A stretch of 64,000 nt of DNA, from contig CM114271.1 of NCBI GenBank assembly GCA_050084515.1, forward strand, positions 5,704,001-5,768,000, written 5' to 3'. The notes below the pieces were generated by a model. The model was not told the origin of the DNA and did no database searches. It saw only the letters and a list, made by a program, of their open reading frames with translations. Source of the stretch: Blasia pusilla. Taxonomy: Eukaryota. Each line of letters begins with the position of its first letter. The stretch's first letter is position 1. Positions 53,148 through 64,000 of this stretch are shown here, in pieces. Made by a program: the position numbers and the translations under genes.

Positions 53148-56100
53148 TGTCGTGCGCATACACATCGCTACACAACCCACATTGCAAGTCATATCTACAC
53201 ACCACACATCATCGATCTTCCCCAACATACGGATAGATCCACACATAAATGAAATTCACTCATGCATATACACTAGGAACCCCACAACTAAAATCATGAG
53301 TAGTAAAAATGGCTCACCCAGCCTAAAACTCCACTCATGAATCTACATCGACATATCAAACCACATCCATCCTCTACTATGAGGGAATCCGGACGCTAGC
53401 ACCCTAACTCCTACACACCCACACACGTCTATGCAAGAGAAGCGCTCCTAAGGCTCAACATGAGAAAGATGGCTTGAGAAAGCCAGCTCTCTCACTCTTA
53501 TATCCTTGGGAAGAGCCAAAAGGTTCTTCCCCAAAAAATAGCCTCCAAACGATAACCTACGTGCACAAGTTACCGGGTGACTGTTGACTCGGTCAACGGG
53601 TCACCTGATAGCCTAAAACCAAGATAGGGAAATTGCCATAAACTCACAACAAACATGTCTCCAACCTCATCCGACATCTCGGGATGAAGATACACCCGGA
53701 GAGCCCGTTGACTCTCTATGCCGTTGACGCGATAGAACTCTATCTTCGCCAAAATAAGATGTGACAGTTATCGTGCGCATACACATCGCTACACAACCCA
53801 CATCGCTGGTCATATCTACACACCACACAACACCGATCTTCCCCAATATAATGGTAGATCCACGCATAAACGAAATATACTCACGCATATACATTGGGAC
53901 CCCAAAATCTCCTCCCTAGCTGGCAGTTGGGTCCCCCTAACTCCAGATAGCACACACATATATACCCGACAAGATCTCCTATCGTACAAACATCTAGCAC
54001 CATCGGTGCCGTCATTCCCGCAACATTATCACACTGCAGCAACCCGCCGTGTTGATCCCTTCCAAGAGATCTAACACTCTTGTACCTTGCTCAAAACAAA
54101 GATACGGCTCCACGTATGCCTCACGAGCTCGTATGCACTCTACGCATCTCAACGCTTGTCCCCAACAACAATAAAGTAACTCGGCATCATGGGGAAGAGA
54201 CACCCATCTTGGCATGTCTCTCCGTAGGACTATCCGCTACGGGAATGTCCTCCGCATGTGTGCTCCTCTCCCCAAACCCTCATGATCAGCGAACACCTCA
54301 TGTGAATGCTGCCAACGTGGTCACCGCATCCTCAAGTGGTTGATCATCACTACTCCGTGCAAACTGCATTGGTAGATGGCTCACTCGTCCATCACCTGAT
54401 CGCCACCCTGGCTGATATGAAATCGTCTCCTCCCAAATTCAAGAATAAAACCAAGGGGATACAACACCGTACTTCCTACCAACGCATCATACGACTCTAC
54501 CAGTGTCATAATTTCCCGAGTATTGGTTATAGTGACCAAAGCAAAGCCCTGCGTCTCGAGCGGCTGAGAGACAAGACTATCATTCTCTCCCGAGATGTCA
54601 TTCTTGAAGATCAAAGACCACTCCACCGCTCTCTTCTTCGGAAGATCGGCTATCCAGTGATCCTCTATTTTTTCCGCATTTCTTACATGGTCCTAATCCT
54701 CAACCTTCCTTGTCTCTTCCTGCTAGTTCCCGATTATTCCCAAGAATGGGAACTCCTTCTCCTACTATGTCTTCTTGTGGGAGTTCCACCTCTTTTAAAT
54801 TTGCCTCAACCAGCGGACGTGCCTTCACCAATGTCCTCTTTCTGCACACCCCATACCTGGTCCCGGGCGCACCCATCTTTACTATGAAAGAAGACCACGA
54901 GCTCCTACTCCTCCTCTTGCTCAAAGAAAACTCCTCAAATTGCTCGGGCTGTTGAGCGTTATGATGCACTTATTGAAGCTGAGAAGGACAAGAAGCGAGT
55001 TGCAGAGAAGCGTTGGCTATCTGACACATGCTATGGCTGGAGTCTAACCACCAACTCCTGTCAAGTCATGAATTGCGTGGGTGATATGCCCCCAATAGAG
55101 GTCTGTATTTGAAAGGGACCACGCTCAATGTCGCCTTTCCGTAAACCCAACGCCAAACACGCCGCCTTCCCTAACATCAAGGGCTGCGCTCTTGAATCAA
55201 GTAGAACGCGCCGCGGATGGTACATCGTTCATGTGGTACTAACCAAGCGAAAAAAATCCTGCTCGGTTATCCAACAACACCACACCTAGTGTGATCATGC
55301 CTCGCTCTATCGCTGGCCTAGTTGGCATATATACCAACTTCGTTGTCGCCGCATGCCATGAATCAATGGAGGACGTCATGAGTACCGCCGAGGGTAAGTC
55401 TACCACCTTCTCAACTACCTCTGAAGGAGAGGCAGTCACCTCTCCACGCTCACACAACGTGGCGGCCAGCCGGAACACCTCCGCTAGTCCAACTCCCAAT
55501 GTTGCCATTTCCATGGGGAAAAACAACAGAGCTTGGCTCAACCTAGTGGCCACCTCCAACAACGTGGTCAACACTGGCTCTTCTCGAGCCGCCATAGGAG
55601 TCGTCTCTCCAACTCCTCGTGACGTCAACGCACTTTTCCCACTTGTGGGTACTACTGGTTGTTGAGGCACCATCGACGGTGTATGTAGTGCCTCTGACAA
55701 TGTGAACAACTAGGGAGCCCTAGCCTACCGCCCATCGGTCCCCTCCTGTGGGTAAATCTCAACCCCACTTCTCGATGACTCGGTTACTCTCACAGCACCC
55801 CGAGTCACCACCGCAACCAACAACCTCAACCTGAGCCGCACTGCACATAAATCCCATCCCCGCAAAATCCTCACCAACATTGTGGTATGATGTGGAGGTT
55901 GGCGCCACACTAGCTACTCTCGGCTCTGGGCCCGCCTGTAGCTGCATCATTGTCATGGCAAAAATCCTTTGCTCCAACTGATCAATGCACGTAAGGAGCA
56001 TTACATCGGGTGCAAGTCCTCCATCTCCCGTGATTGATGATGGCACTCTACCACCACGGTCATCTTCCACTCGATCTCCACCAACTCTCTCGCCCTCAAG

Positions 56101-59100
56101 TCCTCTGCCTACCTTATGACGTACCTCCCGACGAAGATCATAACATTTATCCCTAGTGTGACCATATCGGTGACAATGATCACAATGTAATTGTGGTGGG
56201 GTCATCCTCTGTGGCTCCTAAGCAATCGGAGGCGCCCGTGCTCCTCTCCCATGCTATGGGGAATCCATCTGCCTATGTGACCCACCACACGTCCAAAAAG
56301 TCAACCTTGGGCCCTGTTGGGAAACATATGTCAGTATGGGTCGTTGCCTCATCGGCTCACGATACCCGCCCGGATCCTTGGGCCCACCAACCCGCTCTCG
56401 TAGTATTGGTGCATGTTGGGGCATCTGTGGGTATACTCCTACTTGTCGACCCATCGAATCCAGCGAAAAACCCATGGTCACCACCTTCTCCTCACTCATG
56501 TTGAGCTCTATCCGCTCAGACAACTCGAAGACCACCTTCAAAATGGGCTTCGCAGCGTGAAGCAATATCACATCCCAAACTCTCCTCTGTAGCTCCTCAA
56601 CTAGCATCCTCAACTAGCACCCCGTATCAAGACTGCACTGACTAAGCCTCAATCACCCCATATGTGGCAACGATCAACCGTCCCATGCGCGTGAACACCT
56701 CCCTTAGACTCTCATCCGATCTCCGCTGAAAATCATGTAGACTCTTCACCTTTTCAGTCCGCACGCCATGATAGCTCCTCCCCAACTATCGGAAGAACTC
56801 CATTGTAGGACTGAAACTCCGCGGTCCTCTACCACGAGAGGTCTCTACCACCTCACCACTCTCACTACCATCCTCTCCATCTAGTCCTCGGGCTGATGGT
56901 GAAGGTCTCTCCGCTCTCACTATCCCATCATACACCTCGCGGCCACTAGTGGACATATACCCTGGAGCCCAATACACCCTCCAAGCATCGATCTCTATAA
57001 ATTATAGAGATCGGAACCCCATGTAATCATCCATCGGCGGATCCTCCAAGTGATGGAACAACCCCTTCCATGCCATAAAAGGGCTGAATCGCGTAGGGGT
57101 CCGTATCTCCTCTCCTGAAAGTCGCACCACGTGTCAGATTCCTGGATGAAATCATCTAACTCTATAGTGCCTACCGCACCCGAGAAATGACACATGCCCC
57201 GTGGCCCATATTGTCCATCTCTCTCCACGTATCATTGTCCCCCTACGCGATCTCGTCACCAGAGTCGTTGTCTAGTGATGACGATCCAGCCACAGATAGG
57301 ATTCGGGGTGGTTCCTCACTAGAAACCCCTCGATATCTCACACCACTATGTGTCACTCCACTACCACTTCTCCTACTACCCCGTTCTTCCAAACACAGAA
57401 ACAATGTCGTGATGACAACCCTGTCTTATCCGCTCAAACACTCAAACTCGCCAAGAGTCTCCCACACTCCTCACTAGCTCACATACGCTAATGGTAATCC
57501 TGTGACGACACACCCGGCCTCACGCACACTCAACACTGGGGCTCACCATGAGCCTCCTATTAACTGACCTAACTGACACCCTCGGGTCATACACACGATC
57601 CCTACTCGGAAACCGCTGTATTTCCACCAACATGCTACACATGAAAGGAATCTACACTTGTCACCATCTCTACAACCATCTAACACCAACAACTACCCGA
57701 TATCCAACACCCTCCATGACACAAGATAAGTGCGGGAAAAGGGACTCGAATGGGTAACATGATCACACCCTCCAACCTACTGCACCGTTAACACTCATTC
57801 CTCCATGTAGCACAACAACCTCCGCGACATAATACTCTCCTCGAACACACGTCAAACCTCCCATCACTAGATGCAGACTACCCGTCGGCATCAGCATACT
57901 AATACTCCATTGCAAATCATCGGTGTGGATCACTCGTCTCATCCCCAATCAACAAAGTACTAGCAACTCTCGTCGAAAATCCCCTCCACGCTCGAAAAAC
58001 ACCAAGTCCAAAAATATCTCCGCCTACGTAGTCTGAATCAACCATGTTGTGACTTCTACCATGTACTTTGGCCGTACCTCGACCCGGCCCTAACAATGTT
58101 GATTCCAACCATATAGCCTCGTCATCACGTTATCTCACCAACCACGATCGCTTCAACCCTCTCAATTCTCCTTCCACCACGTCCGCTCACGGACCTAGAC
58201 CTACGTCCGCCTCTCACGGCCACGCTTTCACTCCCGAAATCTCTCACACCGGCTCGTATGCTCTAGCTAACCCGAGCACGCATCCATACGCGCATCCCCG
58301 TACCCACTCCTACAAGTTTGGGCCATAATGGCTCCTTCTTTCGAGACATAATAGCTCTTGCCCTCTCCTTGTATGACTCAGCTATGTGTGGCTACACGGC
58401 CTTATGGTCAAGCACACCACCCTATGCAGGGTGCACAACTACCCTACCCCCTTCTCAAGCCCGTGCCACCCTTCTTAATCCCATTCGATCCCTTCGGCTC
58501 ATGGCTCCGACTCTTGGCCCGGCGCCCTATGCAAGGCCTCATGCCTTGCCCTTTCCCAAACCCAACTCCCTATCCTCCTCTCCTTGCCTCCCGCTTTAGC
58601 CTCGTGCAACATTTCTCTCTATGCAAGCCTGTCGAGCCTTAATTGCCTCCTTCCGACCACGGGCACATGAGGATGCGTGGAGGCCTATGCATCTCCGGCA
58701 ATGTCCTTCTCCATCCCCCTTTTGCCCTCTCAACCTTATGCTCCCGCAACCCATCCAACTCTTCCCGTCTCTACAATTAGATTCCCTTCCTTAGATACGC
58801 GGAAACTACTCCTGCCTTCACATTTCCTCTACCTTTCCTAGCTCCGAGCTCTCTGGCCCTCCCTTCGTCATAAAGGAAAATCCGCCTTCTCCCGCTTACT
58901 TCCGTCCGTGGCTTAGTCGCTCACCCGCGCTCTCGCCTTCAGGCACACGCCCCTATGGACGCGCCTTTTGCCCTCGAATATCTGCCACCATGCACTTCCA
59001 TCCGACGACCTACCTTGTCCACCTACGTAACTATATAGTTGTATGCCTACACGACCTAATCTTAACCTAGGCGGCTGCAACCTAGCCTGTAGTCTACCTT

Positions 59101-61175
59101 GGCCGCATACATATGAGACCTACGGCTACAAGACGTGAAGTTACTCTCTCTCTTTCCCAAAACTCCCGCTTCTCTCAACAATACACTCACCGCCCCTCTC
59201 TGTGCTATGCTCAACCGCTGTCCCCCGTCACCCGCACCAACAATATATGAGAAAAATGGACAGCCCTTTCATATAATAAAATCACCCACTATGTAAACTC
59301 TTCTATCATTGAGTGTTAGAGAGAGTTTTATTAGTATTAAGTAAATTAGCCAAGGAAAATGAAATTCCCATCTTTAAACCTCTTTAGGATGACTAATTTG
59401 CACACGCCCAACTTTAGAAAAAGAGATAATAAATAAAAGATGGGATTATAAAAGTAAAGTAGTGGGGTCGGTGCTTTAATGAAACAAAAGCAAAATAGTC
59501 TTGGTTGATGACTAGGGTAGGTGAGGTAGTTTGAAAGATATAAATGGAGTAAAAGAGGATATTTTGAAAGAGATAAGAGGTAATCTACTTGTGTCAAAAT
59601 GTGTTTGGCTAAGCCTTGAGAGGAAGCCATGTGGCACAAGATAAGATTAGCCTTATTTTGTATTCTTATATATCCCCTGTGAGTATATAAAAAGGAGGGA
59701 CCTTCAAGAGTTCATCACCTTCTACTTCACATCTTGAGTCTTCCGTGTCACTCTTGAGTGTATGGCTTTGGGATTGCTTGTTCTTCCAATGAGAGTAGAT
59801 TACCCCTATTGGGAGAGTAACTTGACCTTGGTCTATTCTTCGAGACGTTTCTAGAGTGTGGTATGTGTGGGCATGAGAGACTTGTCACCTTAGATGAGTT
59901 TAGTCATACTAGAAATAGATGATGGTTTGGCTTGTTATTTTCCCAATGAGAGTGGATTACCCCTCTTGGGATAGCAAATTCGTCAAATCCCATTCTAAAG
60001 GAGAGTAGATGATATCCGTCAAGTATGGATAGAGGTGGAGCACGAGTTGTGTCGGATTTTCCCTTTCCTAACCCACACCACATGAAGATTCTCTCTGTAG
60101 ATAGGCACCGGTTCACTCACTATCTAGTTTATCACTTTGGGGACGTGTTCATGAACCAAGTCATGGAATCTCCAACTCTGGTGATTCTTTCTATAGTCAT
60201 GTATGGAAGGACATGGGATTGCATTTTTTATGTGCTTGTATAGTTATCTATAGACGTCAATAGGCCTGCTCAAATAGGGTTTAACACTAGTTGTGTTATT
60301 TTCCTTATATAGAAACGTAAAGTAATTTACAAGGACTTAATAGTTAGGAATTTCACGATTCCATATTATGAAGAAGTGATCGCCTCGGCACTACCTTTCG
60401 TGATTCTTGTCGTGAGAGAATGGAGGATTTACATAATAATTATGTACTGAAAAAGGATAAATTCTTATAGAGTTCGACTTGCATCAACCACGTCTGCTAC
60501 AACTAGAAGGTCTGCCCTTACTCGAAGAAAGGCTCTCGATACGACAGCGCTTCCGCGCACAATCTCTCGGACTTAAAAATGACTATACAAACGCCAACTA
60601 GAGTCTCCAGGGGCTTACGACCAAGGCAACTTACTTGCCTACCTGCAAACAACAAATTCTCACCTATCCCCTCGCATCTTTCTCATGTAATATCATGAGT
60701 AGTCCAAATATCTCACCCAGTCTAAAACTCCACTCATGAATCTACATCGGCATATCGAACCACATCCACCCTCTTTTATGAAGGAATCCGGACGCTAGCA
60801 CCGTAACTCCTACAGACCCACACACGTCTATGCAAAAGAGGCGCCCCTAAGGTTCAACATGAGAAATATGGCTAAAGAAAGCCATATCTCTCACTCTTAT
60901 ACCCTTGAGAAGAGCCAAAAGGCTCTTCCCCCAAAAATAGCCTCCAAACGGTAACCTACGTACATAGGTTACCGAGTGACCGTTGACTCGGTCAACATAT
61001 CACCTTACAACCTAAAACCAAAATAGAAAAATTGCCATAACCCACGTTCCTGACACAACAAACTTGTCGCCAACCTTATCCGGCATCCCAGGATGAAGTT
61101 ACATCCGAATAGCCCGTTGATTCTCTATGCCGTCGACGTGATAGAACTCTACCTGCGTCAAAATAAGATGTGACA
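53148..61175 (-). mobile_element. Full-length non-autonomous Gypsy-like element with split direct repeats: A1 61175-~60690, B1 53904-53769, A2 53766-~53290, B2 53284-53148
   Basis: TGTCAC...CACGACA ends; perfect CCAT TSD; gag with zinc knuckle CDHCHRYGHTRDKC; protease RVLLDSRAQPLMLGK; no recognisable RT or integrase. Confidence 0.88.
59267..60546 (+). mobile_element. Solo LTR (~1.28 kb) nested in the 5' region of the split-repeat element
   Basis: Reverse-complement homolog of 61740-61176 + 53147-52460; ends ATACGACA; flanks GCCC/GCGC. Confidence 0.85.
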
Positions 61176-62701
61176 CCATGGTCAAGTTAATCTCCCAAGA
61201 AGGGTAATCCATTCTCAATGGAGGAGCAAGTAAGCCCAATGCCATCCACTCAAGAGTCACACAAGAACTCAAGCAATGAAGTAGAAGGTGATGAACCCTT
61301 GAAGGTCCCTCCTCTATATATATTCACAAGGGATTCATAAGAGAACAAAATAAGGCTAATCTTATGTTGTGTCACATGGTTTCCTCTCAAGGTTTAGCCA
61401 ATCAAATTTTGACACAATTACATTACGTCGTATATCTTCCAAAATATTCTCATTTACTCACTTTATATCTACCAAATTACCCCAACTACCTTAACCACTA
61501 ACCAAGACTGCTTTTCGTTTTCTTTCATTCTTACACCAACCTCCCTACTTTACTTTTATACTCTCATGTCTTATTTATTACATCTTTACCTCAATTTGGG
61601 CCCGCAAAACTTAGCCATCCAAAAGAGGTGCAAACATGAAAAATTCATTTTCCTAAGCAAATTTACTTAATACTAATAAATCTCTCTCTAACACTTAATG
61701 AGAGAGGAGTTTAAAAAATGGATAATTTTACTATACGACAAGGGGACGGTACTCATCGTCGTTGAATGGCTACCACCTCAAGACATAACAAGTCGAGAAG
61801 GGAGAAATACAACCCTATCAATCCAAAAAGGTTATCGTCCAATCAACAACAGTGAAGAACGCGACGTCGACGACAGCCAACAGATGGAGCAAAGACGGCC
61901 CAAATGGATGGTGAAAGTCAATAGTAATTATAATATGATAAAAAATCTTTATTTTTTATCATATTATATTTTAACCTTATTAAAAAATCTTCTTTTTTTT
62001 TTTTCCACTCCACTAACTCCTTAAACTAACGGCACTAAAATTATTCACATTTGGCCTATACTCCACTAAGTCCCATAAATATTGGGTTAACACCTATTAA
62101 ATAAAATTTCCACTCATCTTAACCTCAAGATCTTAAGTTTTACTTGTCCTTTCCACAATAAGAAAAGATTTTTGAAGTTTTCTACCTCAACTAAGAAGTT
62201 ACCAAGAATTTTGAAATTTGCTCTTTCTCAAACAATGGCTATGGCAGCTATGCGGAAATGATCATAACTTCTTGCTTAGATGTTTAAATAGCACACCGTT
62301 TTTTCCACAACGTGCACAAATTCTTAATCTAGCCCTGATTTCTTTGACCTTCCAATAAAAAGTCACGAGGACTATCATGCAACCCTTCAATTTACACTCA
62401 TACGTCAAATTTGATAGCACTTCCGCGTTGATTTCTCCTCATAGAAATTTCAAACCTATCACAACAAAAATCAGAGAGCTACATGGTGCTCCTGATAGCA
62501 CTGACATGGAGCAAACCGCCCCATACTCAACAAAATTTGGGCAGCACTTCCGCGAGTCACTCTCCCACACGAAAAATTGGACAGCAAAACAGCAAACGGA
62601 GCCGTTGGAAAGGAAACATAGTCCCCAACCTACAACAACCAACAAGCACCAGCGTGCTCCTCCATTTTTGCTCTCAAATCCTCATTCTCTCTTTGTAAAT
62701 C

Positions 62702-63197
62702 AATTAAATCTCTCCATCACAAGAACAAGGTCTGACACCAAGCTCTCCATGGTGTGCACTCACTCTCAAGTCAAACCAAACGCACTCTCCTAATGAGAGG
62801 TTGGGGTTACAAACACAAGGAAATGACGACCATAGCTTCGCCGTCTCATGCCAAGAGGTTCAACAAAGAGAGAATTAACTCTCAAGCTCTCTCTCTCTTG
62901 GAGGTATACCCCCTTCCCTCTCCCAAGCCCTTTCCATGATTACCTCTTGACCTATTGTAGCGGGTCAAGGAAAACTTCCTAAATTTTAAAGTCAACTATA
63001 CCAAGAATTCAAATAATAAATTACCCGAAATAATAAGATCGTCACTATGGCTCCAAATGAGCCAACATGAAGGGGAAACTTGCTCTCACACGTTACCCGT
63101 GGCCTGAGCAAGTTATCCTCATCCTCTCGAGGATGTCTTCCATTCTCTTTGAAGGCGCTCTACTAGATCTTGTCGATCTATCCTAATAGATGTTACA
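62702..63197 (-). repeat. 5' A1 repeat of an element related to the one at 1-2226
   Basis: Reverse complement aligns with 1658-2105, starts TGTAACATC, and similarity stops before the B segment. Confidence 0.8.
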
Positions 63198-63199
63198 AT

Positions 63200-63452
63200 G
63201 GAGATTGGAGCAAAAGGGTAGTGTGAACGATTACATAGAGGAGTTTCGTGACTTATAAATATAAATTTGCGCATGATTAGGGCACAAGCCCTTGCTCTAT
63301 TCATTAGATTCTTAAAATTAAAGACGTGTCAAGAAATGATTCAAGATAACGTGAAGGACATCAATGAAGCAATCGTATGTGCCCAATATATGGCAAATAT
63401 ATATGAAGGAGGAGGAGATGTGGTTCCTTTCATGAAAAACCACAGTTATTAA
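63200..63452 (+). pseudogene. Retrotransposon gag fragment
   Basis: RLEQKGSVNDYIEEFRDL resembles the retrotransposon gag QxGSVxxY motif; interrupted by stops. Confidence 0.65.
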
Positions 63453-64000
63453 GTTGGGTAGCCTTGCAGCACAAGATGGTTATGCACCATGAAGATTTCA
63501 TTGAAGGGTGCCAATGGAGAGAGATTGGAACCCCAATCCACTAAGGGTTGCTTCTCGAATTGACGGGGTTTTTTGAAGAGGAAGAAAATTACAAGCTCGA
63601 CAAAATACGCGCCAATAATTTGAGAGTGGTAGATATGATAGTATCGCCATGAATTTTTGCTTTTGTAGGCTTAAAAATACACCATATTGCCCTCCTATCA
63701 ATAATTTATATTGAGGACACATGCACGAAGATGACGAAGAAGGTAGATCTACGGAAAACGCCAACCAATAGTAATTTTCCTCGCAGATTTATTGGTTTTA
63801 TGGGAAGGAGGAAAGGTGGTCCCAAGTTAGACTGTTGATTGATCCGAGTGTAGTAGAAATCTTCCTTCCAAGAGCCATAGATATGAAGTTGGGCTTGGCT
63901 TTAGAGAGGGATCAAAATGAAGAGATAGAATTTCCAAACATGCAAACAAAAGAAATTGAGAAGCTTCTTCGAAGTATAGAGTTGAAGATAGGAAAGTATC

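Larger units (their letters stand above)
46500..61740 (-). mobile_element. Degenerate Ty3/Gypsy element: 5' LTR (61740-61176 + 53147-52460, split by a nested insertion), gag, protease, RT start and integrase remnants; 3' LTR not found
   Basis: LTR starts TGTCGTATAG at 61740 and is collinear with 59267-60546. gag KKLGRFDGRNITKF at ~52250; protease C-terminus VVFGQPYITTSRMET at ~49300; RT N-terminus (TIPHVPWD..PIPVP) at ~48350. Confidence 0.8.

Noticed and set aside
53148-61175. Classification as a DIRS/Ngaro tyrosine-recombinase element
   Set aside because: No recombinase seen; it has a protease, TG...CA ends and a TSD, and its relative at 1-2226 carries a DDE integrase.

Overview
Eukaryotic land-plant DNA, probably a bryophyte (inferred from TE types and gene style), not prokaryotic. 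Two spliced protein genes lie tail to tail: a DUF248/PMT-family methyltransferase (+, 24248-30055, 9 exons) and ATG18 (-, 33341-31019, 4 exons, with a one-base frameshift in exon 1). A telo-box-preceded polycistronic snoRNA cluster, invisible in the ORF track, lies at about 14.3-16.0 kb. The rest is largely decayed transposons: Helitron, MULE, hAT, MITE-like elements and nested Ty3/Gypsy elements. The main unusual signal is a group of Ty3/Gypsy-like elements with split direct repeats (A1...B1-A2-B2, as in Ngaro/PAT tyrosine-recombinase elements) instead of two full LTRs. Across four copies they show TG...CA ends, a 4-bp TSD, no visible tRNA PBS, a DDE integrase with a C-terminal PHD finger and a possible C5-methyltransferase motif-I remnant. 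All alignments were done by eye, so boundaries of degenerate elements are approximate.
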